64,000 bases of DNA from Octopus sinensis (Eukaryota), in contig NC_043003.1 in the NCBI RefSeq assembly GCF_006345805.1, forward strand, positions 19,468,001 through 19,532,000, written 5' to 3'. Each line of letters begins with the position of its first letter. Within the stretch, counting starts at the first letter, position 1. The notes beneath the pieces are model-generated. The model ran no database searches and had not been told where the DNA came from. It saw nothing but the letters and a program-made list of their open reading frames with translations. Shown one piece after another: positions 52,662 through 64,000 of the stretch. The position numbers were made by a program, and so were the translations under genes.

Positions 52662-52692
<31 letters not shown>

Positions 52693-52720
52693 TATATATA
52701 TATATATATCATAGAGATGC

Positions 52721-55028
52721 TCAAAATATCTGGTAGTGTCGGCTATAGCCTAGTCACCCGTATAGTTAACCAGGTGATACACGAAGGAGTCATTCCCAAT
52801 GACTGGTGTAGCAGCATAATAGTCAGCTGCTACAAAGGTAAAGGTGACGCCCTAGATACAAATAGCTACAGGAGTATCAAGCTGCTGGATCAGGTAATGA
52901 AGGTTACGGAGAGGGTTATAGCCCAACTAATTAGAGAGAGAGTTAGCCTAGATCAGATGCAGTTTGGGTTCGTGCCAGGGAAAAGTACTACTACTGATGC
53001 TATTTTCATGGTAAGACAGCTGCAAGAGAAATACCTAGCCAAAGACAAGCCCCTATACCTGGCTTTTGTTGATATGGAGAAAGCCTTCGACAGGGTCCCC
53101 CGATCCCTCATCTGGTGGTCAATGAGGAAACTAGGGATAGATGAATGGTTAGTGAAAGCTGTACAAGCCATGTACAGAGACGCTGCTAGTAAGGTGAGGG
53201 TTGGCACCGAGTACAGTGAAGAATTCAGAGTAGAGGTTGGGGTCCACCAAGGTTCAGTCCTCAGTCCCCTCCTATTTATCATAGTCCTCCAGGCAATAAC
53301 GGAGGAATTCAAGACAGGATGCCCCTGGGAGCTCCTCTATGCTGATGACCTTGCTCTAATTGCTGAGTCTCTATCAGAACTAGAGGAGAAGTTTCAGGTA
53401 TGGAAACAAGGTTTAGAATCGAGGGCCTTAGAATCAACCTAGCCAAAACCAAAGTCCTAATAAGTAGGAAGGTAGACCAATCACAAACGCCTTCAGGTAG
53501 ATGGCCCTGCTCATCTGTAGAAAAGGTGTAGGTAGAAACTCTATAAGATGCACCAAGTGTAAGCTATGGACACATAAGAGGTGCAGCAATGTCAAAGGAA
53601 GGCTAACTAGGAAGATGGTTTTTGTATGTGGCAGATGCTCAGGAACAATTAACACTGAAGATGCTCTGAGACCAACTTCCGTCACTTTCCAGGGAGAAAA
53701 GCTAGAAGTAGTTGATAGTTTCCGTTACCTAGGTGACAAAGTCAGTAGCGGGGGCGGGTGCGCTGAGAGTATAACTGCTAGAGTAAGAATAGCCTGGGCA
53801 AAGTTTAGAGAGCTCTTACCTCTGCTGGTGACAAAAGGCCTCTCGCTCAAAGTAAAAGGCAGACTGTATGATGCATGTGTACGTACAGCCATGCTACATG
53901 GTAATGAAACTTGGGCTGTGACTGCTGAGGATTTGCGTAAGCTCGCAAGAAATGAAGCTAGTATGCTCCGATGGATGTGTAACGTCAGTGTTCATAATCG
54001 ACAGAGTGTAAGTACCTTGAGAGAAAAGTTGAACCTAAGAAGTATCAGTTGTTGTGTGCAAGAGAGACGTATGCGCTGGTATGGTCATGTGATGAGACTG
54101 GCTGAAGATAGTTGTGTGCGAAAGTGCCACACCCTGGCAGTTGAGGGGACCTGTGGAAGAGGTAGACCCAGGAAAACCTGGGTCGAGGCGGTGAAGCACG
54201 ACCTTCGAACTTTAGGTCTCACCAAGGAAATGACCAGTGACCGAGACCTTTGGAGGTATGCTGTGCGTGAGAAAACCCGGCAAGACCAGTGAGAACAGTC
54301 AAAATCAAGATCAAACCAAATTGAGGTCGATCAACATCAGGGCCCCCGTGCAGGTGACACGTAAAAGTACCATCCGTTCGTAGCCGTTTGCCAGCTCTGT
54401 CTGGCCCCTGTGCCGGTGACACGTAAAAGCACCATCCGTTCGTGGCCGTTTGCCAGCTCTGTCTGGCCCCCGTGCCGGTGACACGTAAAAGCACCATCCG
54501 TTCGTGGCCGTTTGCCAGCCCTGTCTGGCCCCCATGTCAGTGACATGTAAAAGCACCATCCGTTCGTGTCCGTTGCCAGCCTCGCCTGGCCCCCGTGCCG
54601 GTGACACGTAAAAGCACCATCCGTTCGTGGCCGTTTGCCAGCCCTGTCTGGCCCCCATGTCGGTGGCATGTAAAAGCACCATCCGTTCGTGCCCGTTGCC
54701 AGCTCTGTCTGGCCCCCGTGCCGGTGACACGTAAAAGCACCATCAGTTTCGTGGCCGTTTGCCAGCTCTGTCTGGCCCCCGTGTTGGTGGCACGTAAAAG
54801 CACCATCCGTTCGTGGCCGTTTGCCAGCTCTGTCTGGCACCTGTGCAGGTGGCACGTAAAAAGCACCCACTACACTCACGGAGTGGTTGGCGTTAGGAAG
54901 GGCATCCAGCCGTAGAAACGCTGCCAGATCTGACTGGGCCTGATGAAGCCTTCCAGCTTCACAAACCCCAGTTGAACCGTCCAACCCATGCTAGCATGGA
55001 GAACGGACGCTAAATGATGATGATGATG
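52721..55028 (+). mobile_element. 5'-truncated RTE-clade LINE with RT domain, two frameshifts, 3'-UTR minisatellite and (GAT)n tail
   Basis: QFGFVPG, FVDMEKAFDRVP, GVHQGSVLSP, LYADDL, cysteine-rich segment and LRWYGHV-like C-terminus. Frameshifts at about 53421 and 53511. Confidence 0.95.
54340..54865 (+). repeat. Minisatellite of about 59 bp x about 9 units in the RTE 3' UTR
   Basis: Unit GCCCCGTGCCGGTGACACGTAAAAGCACCATCCGTTCGTGGCCGTTTGCCAGCTCTGTCTG. Confidence 0.9.
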
Positions 55029-55270
55029 ATCATCATCATCATCATCGTTTAGCGTCCGCTTTCCATGCTAGCATGGGTTGGACGGTTCAACTGGGGTCCA
55101 GAAAGCCAGAAGGCTGCACCAGGCCCAGTCTGATCTGGCAACGTTTCTACGGCTGGATGCCCTTCCTAACGCCAACCACTCCGTGAGTGTAGTGGGTGCT
55201 TTTACGTGCCAGACAAGGCTGGCAAACGGCCACAATCGGATGGTGCTTTTTACGTGCCACCGGCACGGAT
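55029..55270 (-). mobile_element. Short RTE 3'-end copy joined tail-to-tail to the LINE
   Basis: (GAT)n(CAT)n junction and reverse complement of 54850-55028. Confidence 0.9.
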
Positions 55271-56138
55271 GGGCTTCTTCCAGTTTCTGTCTACCAAATC
55301 CACTCACAAGGCTTTGGTTGGCCCCCGAGACTATAGTAGAAGACACTTGCCCAAGGTGTCATGCAGTGGGACTGAACCCGGAGCCATGTGGTTCGTAAGC
55401 AAGCTACTTACTACACAGCCACTCCTACGCTTATGTTTAACTTTTTTTTTTTGGCATGCTTTCTGTGGTTTGATGTTGTACTTAACACCAACTACTTCAG
55501 TATAATGAGTGTATTTTATTAATGTGCCAACACCGACATTTACTTATGTAAAATTATGCATTGAGTTGTGTCCCTTTAAACTCAAAGCTAACTTGGTCAT
55601 TCACTAAGTAGTAACCAATAACGAAGGTACCAAACGGGATAAAAGTACTTGGATCAATATAATTGCCTAAAACTCCTAAAGACAGTGCCCCAGCATGGCT
55701 GCAGATCAGTGAATGAAATCAGTAAAAGAATAAGAGAATGCTTCATTATCATCATCATTTTCACGTCTACTTTTCCATGAGTCAGATGAGATTTGTGAAG
55801 GCAGATTTCTTGTATTCAGATGTCTTTCTCCTCATCAACTCTCATCCGTTTCCCTGAAAACATGTCCAACCACTGAAGCTCATTTATATTCGACTGTGAT
55901 GTCAAGACAAGGTGACATACACACACACACACATACATATGACAGGCTTCTTTCAGCTTCCATCTACCCAATCCACTTACAAGGCTTTGGTTGGCCTGAG
56001 CCTATATTAGAAGATACTTATCCAAGATGTCACACAGTGGGACTGAACCTAAAACCACATTTAAGAAGTGAACTTCTTAACCACACAACCATTTCTGTGC
56101 ATATGTAATATAAGTAATTTTCTTTTTTTAATTTTCAG

Positions 56139-56266
56139 CTGAAACTACCAAAGGATCATTACACCATGGACTTATACTGGAACACGGAAATCCATTTCAA
56201 GTCCTGAAGAACCCACTTTTGAATTTAGTAGAGAAACTTGTTAATCAATCAAAACAAGTTCGATAA
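56139..56266 (+). CDS. alpha/beta-hydrolase-like gene, last coding exon (AETTKGSLHHGLILEHGNPFQVLKNP...SKQVR*)
   Basis: TTTTCAG acceptor, phase 1, TAA at 56264-56266. All seven exons together total 966 nt, i.e. 321 aa plus stop. Confidence 0.88.
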
Positions 56267-56977
56267 AATAATATATATATATATATATATATACACTTCC
56301 ATTATAAGACTTGTTTGTATCGAATAACATTTCATAGAAAATGGCCTGCTGAATATTTCTTGTTTTTACAGCATTTAACCAAAATGTCACTGTTGCGGTG
56401 AGATTAAAATGTTGGACATGGCAATTTGCTGACTGGGTTCATTCCAACAAGGTTCTTCAGTATCACCAGAATTTATGTAAACCAAAATTTGCAAACAAAA
56501 TACTAGCATTCTATACCATAAGGTCTTGAGTTCATAAACCTTGACAGAAGAGTTATTGAATCAAATGTGGAAGCTTATCTAGGTGGTTGCTCAATCAGCT
56601 AGAAACAGCAGTTGAATTCAACTCTCATCCTACCGTCGTACAAAAGGAAAGACACAACCAACAAATATTATTTTAAATCCATAAAAGGACAAGATAGTCA
56701 CTGCTGAAACCACTCTGATTATAGGTCTTTTTAGCCAGAGCTGATCTTGCGGGGTTAATAACAGCAATAACGAATACTGAGTATTGTATCCACTCCTTAT
56801 CCACAAAGTTCAGCTTTATTGAAAAATAGGTTATCCTCAACCTATTGTATGTATGGTTATTGATTAAAAGGTTGAATAAGGGAAATCTGTGTAAACAAGA
56901 CATGCAAATCCCCACAAAATAAAATGAAAATAGATGTGTTCATCGTGTGAATGCTAGCATTGAAAAGTGACTATTAA

Positions 56978-57176
56978 CCCTTTTGATACCAACCTGCCTG
57001 AATTATACAAACTTCCTGTCTTATGCGATCTAAATGAAAACCTTCCTTCAAAATTTCATGTTAATAACACCAGTTTATTAATGGTAATTACTTTTACTGT
57101 ACTAAAATCTTCATTATTTTCTAAGTCAGTTGAAATAAAGGCAGTATATTTCATCAGTCACATGTCAACAAAAGGG
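56978..57176. mobile_element. piggyBac-like MITE, related subfamily, reverse orientation
   Basis: TTAA flanks and CCCTTTTGATACC end. Confidence 0.75.
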
Positions 57177-57432
57177 TTAAACTATAAAATTTGAAACAAT
57201 ATGTAAAGGAACATAAATCTATTCAACTCATTTTGCCAGTTTGACAAGTGGTTCAACATCTATATCACTGTTGAAGGGGTTATAAATTAAAAAAAAAATG
57301 TACATTCTATTATAGAACAAGGTTTCAATAAAATTCCTCAATTTTTTGAGGTGTCATTGTGATATTAAATTCCTGATGTTTTCGTTGATTTCAGATTACT
57401 CTTAGGAATAACATTCTGAGGTGATCTTCCCG

Positions 57433-57568
57433 TTATTTACTCTAAATATTATTAAGTTTGAACTCAGCACTGTGAGCTGTACAAAACACTAATTATTCTT
57501 CTCATTATTTACTCTAAATATTATTAAGTTTGAACTCAACACTGTGAGTGATACAAAACACTAATTAT
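57433..57568 (+). repeat. Tandem duplication of about 70 bp
   Basis: TTATTTACTCTAAATATTATTAAGTTTGAACTCA.CACTGTGAG...CAAAACACTAATTAT occurs twice. Confidence 0.85.
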
Positions 57569-57929
57569 GTTGCTTACAACAGTGGATTGTATTTGCTTAT
57601 GATACATATTTATCACTTTGATGTAATTTGATAGGCTTAATTAGTTTCCACCATCTGTCCATCTGATGCCTTTGACAGAGCCCACTTTGTTACAAGAATT
57701 CAAACTAGACTTCAAGCTGGAGGATATCAAGATCTTTCTCTGACCACTAATCATGGATATTCTGAAATAAAAAGCATTTGTGAAACTTTTTCTCCTCTGA
57801 CACATTCTTGCCAGGAAAAAAAGTGCATATATGAAACACACATCCACATTCAAAAGACTTCTTATAAAGACCATCACTGAAACATAGAAGAAAACTAACT
57901 TATCAACATACAATAACATTGAAGTGAAG

Positions 57930-58325
57930 GAACCAGCTACTCTTGTGCCAGTGGCACATAATATGCACCATTCGAGCGTGATCGTTACCTGCATCACCTT
58001 ACTGGCACTTGTGCTGGTGGCACGTGAAAAAACATTCTAACGAGGTCGTTGCCAGTGCTGCTGGACTGGCTCCTGTGCAGGTGGCACATAAAAAGCACCA
58101 TTCGAGCATGGCTGTTACCAGTACCAACTGACTAGCCCTCGTGCTGGTGGCACGTAAAAGCACCCACTAAACTTACGGAGTGGTTGGCGTTAGGAAAGGC
58201 ATCCAGCTGTAGAAACTCTGCCAGATCAGATTGGAGTCTGGTGCAGCCATCTGGTTCGCCAGTTCTCAGTCAAATCTTCCAACCCATGCTAGCATGGAAA
58301 GTGGACGTTAAACAATGATGATCAT
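57930..58325 (+). mobile_element. RTE 3'-end copy with degenerate minisatellite units
   Basis: Ends AACCCATGCTAGCATGGAAAGTGGACGTTAAAC-ATGATGAT. Confidence 0.85.
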
Positions 58326-59130
58326 GTGAACTGTCTCTAATATATCACTCTTAAAGGCTATAAGCCCAGCTTTCTTTCCAACCCTAAATGCAGGTTAATC
58401 AATCCTTCTAAGAGTGAGAAAGGCATTGTAAGTAAACATAATCTCAATCCCATCAACACTGATATTAAAAGGGCCTCAGGGTTGATTCAGTGAGACTGCT
58501 GCACCACTGTTATTAACTGGGTCCTCAGCATTGAGAATAAAGCAAATTAACCTAATTTCATATTGTGGGTTTCTATCCTTCTATATCAAAATCCCTCCAC
58601 CTGAAAACCTTAAAACTTTATGAGATAATTAACTAGAATAAGCAGCTTTGATTAAAGAATCATTTTGATCACTTGGAGATCACTCGTGTTTCACAATTAT
58701 TCATACTGTTTGATGTATTCAGGGGGAGTCACGATGGGTTGAAGGTCACTGACCTTACTGGGTTATTTATCCTGGATATCCTAAAAAAAATAAAGAACTT
58801 AGAACTCCACAGTTCAGCCCTGTATGAGGCCATATGAATATCCATGCCATAGATAAGTTAAAGGAAAATTCTTGAAAACATCTTCAAAGAATTTGACCTA
58901 ACACCTATTATTACAACTAAACAAATGTCAACTTACTAGATGTTGCCCTAGATCATAAATTGGGTAAGTACTACACCAATAGAAAGCTTAATGAGAAAAC
59001 TATGTCTATAGAAACTCTTACCACCTTTCAGCTGTAATTATAAACCTAGTCACAAGCATCAACAGAAAAATCTATGCACTGGTGGACATAGAAATCTTCA
59101 ACAAGTTCTTAGCCACTACGCCATATACCA

Positions 59131-59365
59131 GTGGGCATATGGCATAATGGTTAAGAGCACGGGCTACTAACCCCAAGATTCTGAGTTCGATTCCAGGCAG
59201 TGACCTGAATAATAATAACAACAACAACGAAAAATACCTTAGGAATGAGAACCCAGGTTCGAAATTTCCCCAAGACACCTGATGAAGGCTGGAGGGTATA
59301 TCAGCTGAAACGTGGTGTTAACAACAAACAAAATGAGGACAAATATCTGTTAAATGTAAATAAAG
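59131..59365 (+). mobile_element. Composite element: tRNA-like Pol III head + (AAT/AAC)n linker + hammerhead fold + Penelope-like tail
   Basis: A box TGGCATAATGG at 59140 and B box GAGTTCGATTCC at 59183. GACAC-CTGATGA-A-GGCTG..CAGCT-GAAAC-GT-G-GTGTT at 59274-59319. The tail recurs at 50015-50100. Confidence 0.6.
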
Positions 59366-61050
59366 TTCTTAATTGCCAATTATGTCATGGTTAGCTACTT
59401 ATGCTTAAATAATGACTTTTATTGCATGTTACAACAGAAACAAACCTGCACACATACAGTCTTCACTAAATGTAATATTGTATCTGGCTAGATCCTCGTT
59501 AACTTGGGAAATGTATATAAAAAGCTCCTCCTACATAATAAGATTCTATAACTTTGGACTTTGATGGACCTAAACTGTCTTCTTATATTCAGTCCCCTAC
59601 TTGTAACTATCAAAATCTCATTAACTGCCCATGCTTGTGGTCTGTAGAGCCACCTTCACACTATCTAATGGTATCAATACAGGCATAACAGGCAATGATT
59701 TCAAGAGAAGGTTTATGTAGCATATGCACTCCTTGAGGTGTAGGGACAAGGAAAACTTCACTGTTCTGTCCCACTTTATCTGAAGAGTCAGGATTAAGGA
59801 AATGACTTTCCCCACATCACATGGAATATCCTTGACAGAGTTCTTTCCTACTCACCTAGAATTCATATTTGCCTTTGTGAGAAACTACATATGGCCACAG
59901 CTCATTAGCTGAAACTGGAAAAATCAAAATCAAAAAAATCATACTACAACAGTCTGCAGTTATCAACAGGAAAACTGATCTCATTGATATATTCTGATAA
60001 CAGATGTATTCAGATAACTTAAAATGATTACCCTAGTTGTAATTGGCTCATGCACAATTCCAAATGTACAATTTGTTTACTCACAACGGGGTTATTTCCC
60101 TTCTGTGTACTACTACCACACAGTTAAAATTACATCGTGAAGCTATGCTTGACATGCAAACTGACAGGTAGTCTAACCTTACCAAACTGGTCACTCTGCC
60201 ATATGTATGTCGTTGAACACCTAAATCATAAAAACTAGTTGATACCAGCAGACTGTTTGCTCTGACTCTGTACATCTGAGGATGTAGGCATGTATCTACA
60301 CCCACAAAACTTCAAGTAAATAAGCAGCTGAGTTTAACTTGTTATGAAATACAACTCCAAATAAATGTGTTGGATGCAATTATATTTCATTTATTCAAAT
60401 ACTTGCATACATGTGAGTGTGTGTTACATTCTGAACATATTTTCTCAACTATTTATAAATACAATCAACTTTGTTTTAAACATACAACATTTATCTTATA
60501 AAATAATATTCAACATTATCATGATGTTCAGAATCTAGAATACAAAATACTGAATTCCTGGGTCAAAATTACAAATTTCTCTTTCTTTATGTACATTCAA
60601 CTCAGCTATTTCCTTAGTGATTTAGAGTTTGATCTTTTTTTGTTTTCCCCCATCATCTGTTTCTAATAAGGGTAGTCCATAACACAAGAGATGTACTCAA
60701 CAGTAGCCAATCTACTTTCACCATTGGTCCTAGATCATAGATTTGGTAGAAAAAAAAACTGAAAAAGCCTATGTGTATGTGTGTTAGTATCTCTTTGTCT
60801 TGACATAGCATGATAATAATAAACGAGTATCATTCTCACATAACTGATGTCATCCATTTCCAGTCTTCTGTAAAAGCATGTCCTACCATGTTGAAATATT
60901 ACCTTGCTTGTAAGATGAAGGTTGGTGAAGGAGGGCATTTGACTGGAGGAAATCTACCTCAATAAATTTCATCCAAAACCATTCAAACAAGGAAGAGTGG
61001 ACATTAAAATCATGATGATGATGAATAATGTTGTATATGGACTTCTTTAA

Positions 61051-61271
61051 CCCTTTTGTTACCAACCCGGCTGAAGCCGGCTCTGACTTTGAAATACAAA
61101 TGTTTTGTTTTCATAAGTTTTGCATTAAAATCTTCCACCAAACTTTAGTCACAATTTATGTTCCTAACACAAGCTTAATGATAACTAAGTTATTTTACTA
61201 AATTCTTTGTTATATTTAAAATAATTGAAAGAAACACAGAGCATCTCAAAATAAATACAGTAATGAAAGGG
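61051..61271. mobile_element. piggyBac-like MITE, family 1
   Basis: TTAA flanks, colinear with 3613-3829. Confidence 0.85.
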
Positions 61272-62906
61272 TTAAACACATTCATGGACCTAAAGTGAAA
61301 AGAGAACCCAGAAATGTGATCTTATTAGAGAACTAATAATCCTCACATTAGTTTTTGTTATTTTTTGGCTTGTAAACTCTTCATCCATACTTCACTCAGC
61401 ACTAACTATGCAAGCTAATGAAGTTTCTGAGTAGCTACTTGACTGTCTCAATATATCCACCAAATCTACCAACAAAGGAGTCTCTATGTAGTTTCTCAGC
61501 TTAAAAGTGGAATCTCCCACAATCTCTTAAAGATGGACACATTGCATCATATAGTCCTAGATATACTACACTTAAAACAAATAAAGATAAGATCACAAGT
61601 TTGCTTGGAAGTAATTGACTTGGAACTAAACAACAAAAATCTCAGCAAATTACTAAAGGAGTTTAAATGGCAGATTGCACATTCAAAGTCCTAACTATCA
61701 GGATTGCAGTGCAAAGATGGAATAGCAAAAACAGAGAAGACATGATAACAGTTAGAACATAAACTTAATGTTTAAGACAATGTGCTGGTGTATCTCAAGC
61801 ACATTATGGTTATAGTATAGTATAGTAAGACAACATCCTCCTCCTTTATTTTCCTAATGTTTAAGATAAGCAAACTAATTTCAAAGATATTTCGTAGCTG
61901 CATCTTTGAACAGCCTAACTTGTGGGTCGAAGCCTATAGGGAATTGGTCTGCTGTTCAACACCTGAATTAGATTTATATGGCAACAGGTGTGGTTGTTTC
62001 ATGGCAGTAAATTAGCTGAGTTGTTAAAGCACCAGACAAAATACATTGTGGCATTTATTCTAATACTTTGGATTCTGAGTTCATACCCTGCCAAGATCAA
62101 CTTTTCCTTTCATCCTTCCAGGGTTGATGAATGAAATATCGGTCAAAGGATAGTAGTGCATTGGATGGGGTGCTTTGCAGTGTTTGTTCTGAGTTCAAGT
62201 CTCTCTGGACCCTATATAGGCAGAGCCACCTTAGCAGCATTATAGGCCCCTGGACAAGTCACTACACTGAACCCTATAGTATTTATTTATTAACATCAAA
62301 CCACATCATACGTATATTAGAACTGGGCCCATGCCTTAAGACGGTTCTATATGTAGGTGGTAGATTTAATCCATTGTCCAGTTTTTTTTTTGGGGGGGGG
62401 TGCCATTGGCTCACTCCAGTCTGTTACAAGCAGTCAGCCCTGGTTTCTGGCATAAAGATACTATTCTCTCTCCTTGCCACTAGTTTCAAAGGTTTTGTCT
62501 GATTGTTGTCCTACTTTTAAGTTATAGTGCACATTTGTGATTCCATAGTGGGGATTATCAGATCTGTCAGACAGATCGCTTTTCCCTCCTGACTAATGTA
62601 ATAATAAAAAGTGAACGACTGATGAAAAAGTGTAGAGGAACATCATTTAGACACGTTGACTTGTCATACATATAGCTGGATGTTGGGTACTTTTAGCAGA
62701 GTTCACTGTTGTAAGCATTCAAATCAGATTCTTTGGTCCTCCTATCTGCCTGCGTTTATCATTCAGATGTTTAGGTTGAGTATCAACTGCATTAATCTCA
62801 CTAATATGGGAATTGAGGAAGGGACAGCAAATGTAATGTGCATTGATTATTGTATACAAAGAAAAAAAAAATGTGTCATGTTACTAATCAATAAATTATA
62901 TTTCTG

Positions 62907-62941
<35 letters not shown>

Positions 62942-63270
62942 AGTATTTCTTTATTCACCATAAAGTTGAGAAAAAGAGGGGACAATACAGGGACAGACAA
63001 AACAAACGTTGGGGTCAGGGTATCGAATGAGACGAAACGTATGAATAAACAGAGAGTAAGGATAGTGTTCGCGATAGAATAATGTTCGACTACTAAGTCA
63101 TAAGTCATTGTCACGTACGCTACACTGATATAATGGCCCAAATAATTCTTAAATGGTGCCACAGGGCCGAGCAGCACATAGCAGTCAGACGTCAGAGCAT
63201 TATATTTGCCTAATTGTCGTTCTATTTCTAGGTTACAGTGCGCATTATCAGATCTGCCAGACAGACTAAC

Positions 63271-63339
63271 CTCAAAAATGCAACGCAAAGATAACGCTCT
63301 CAAGGATCCTTCAGCACAACAATGAGTTATAAGCTTCAT
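63271..63339 (-). CDS. Candidate first coding exon of another minus-strand gene (MKLITHCCAEGSLRALSLRCIFE)
   Basis: ATG, 23 open codons and a GTTAGT donor, next to a CpG-containing region at 63.0-63.8 kb. No recognisable domain. Confidence 0.3.
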
Positions 63340-64000
63340 ATACATACACACTTAAAATTCCAGAGCACTGTGGAGTGACTGACTATTCATCATAAACTTC
63401 CATGTGCCAAAAGCAGCTTATTAAATTAGCGGGTATGAAAATAAACCTATTGAATTACTGGGTTCTTGATAATATGTGTCATGCAGACGGAAAGGATTTT
63501 TTTTTCGTCTCTCTGTAACTATGTCGTAAATACTAGTTGTGAGTACGGGAGGTGAAGTGGAATTTCTCTACCTATTCTAACTACAAATTGTTGCATAGAG
63601 AGAGAGAGAGAAGATGACTGATTGAGGACTTGTGCACATGTACTGCTGTACATATACACGCACGTGTGTATGTACATACATACAAGATGAGACAAACAGT
63701 ACCACGCGTAAATATATATATATAAATAAATACACGCGTGTATCAAAACGGCTGTACACATGGTAGCGGCGTGATAAAAGTGCAGAAAACGGTGACTTGT
63801 AAATTATGGTACTCTCTTAATGAATCGTCTGGGAACTTACGATACATTAAGCAATGTATAAGTTAATAATTTCATTATTATAATCTTTTTCAGAATTTTG
63901 TTCGGAGCTCATTTTATTTTAAAGTATTCTTTTATTAGTATGCATCTAGGTGTTTAAAATAATTACTTTCACCATTTCAGATAAATGAAAGAAAACACGC

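Larger units (their letters stand above)
52406..55430 (-). mobile_element. SINE family A split by the RTE LINE (halves at 52406-52710 and 55270-55430)
   Basis: The 3' half lies left of the LINE and the 5' half lies right of it. The break falls in the internal microsatellite. Confidence 0.8.

Noticed and set aside
54219-54984. Long repetitive ORFs as a protein-coding gene
   Set aside because: They are translations of the RTE 3'-UTR minisatellite, open in several frames.
59132-59204. Functional tRNA gene
   Set aside because: Acceptor and T stems pair poorly and it is embedded in a repeat, so it was treated as a SINE-type head.
63271-63339. TRMT112 based on the MKL.TH start
   Set aside because: Similarity stops after six residues.

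Overview
AT-rich, repeat-dense animal genomic DNA. The tRNA-derived SINEs, RTE LINEs and microsatellite load look like Octopus (cephalopod), inferred from pattern recognition with no search run. One well-supported spliced gene lies on the + strand: six exons from 39217 to 56266, plus a probable first coding exon at 37911-37995. It encodes a ~321-aa alpha/beta-hydrolase-fold protein whose nucleophile and His motifs appear substituted, so it is probably a pseudoenzyme. Weaker evidence points to two minus-strand genes starting near 13.35 kb and 63.34 kb. The rest is transposon debris: an RTE LINE, an RTE-X-like fragment, a Tc1 transposase fossil, a Helitron Rep/helicase fossil, non-autonomous Helitrons, piggyBac-, pogo-, mariner-, hAT- and Merlin-like MITEs (several carrying TTAGGG repeats), and three tRNA-SINE families. 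The most striking layer is at least nine minimal hammerhead-ribozyme folds from about six Penelope-like families. These include a G3-C8 core-swap variant, an inverted double hammerhead, an intact sense-strand copy in the hydrolase intron, and a tRNA-promoter + hammerhead composite. All alignments were done by eye, and repeat boundaries without a TSD are approximate.
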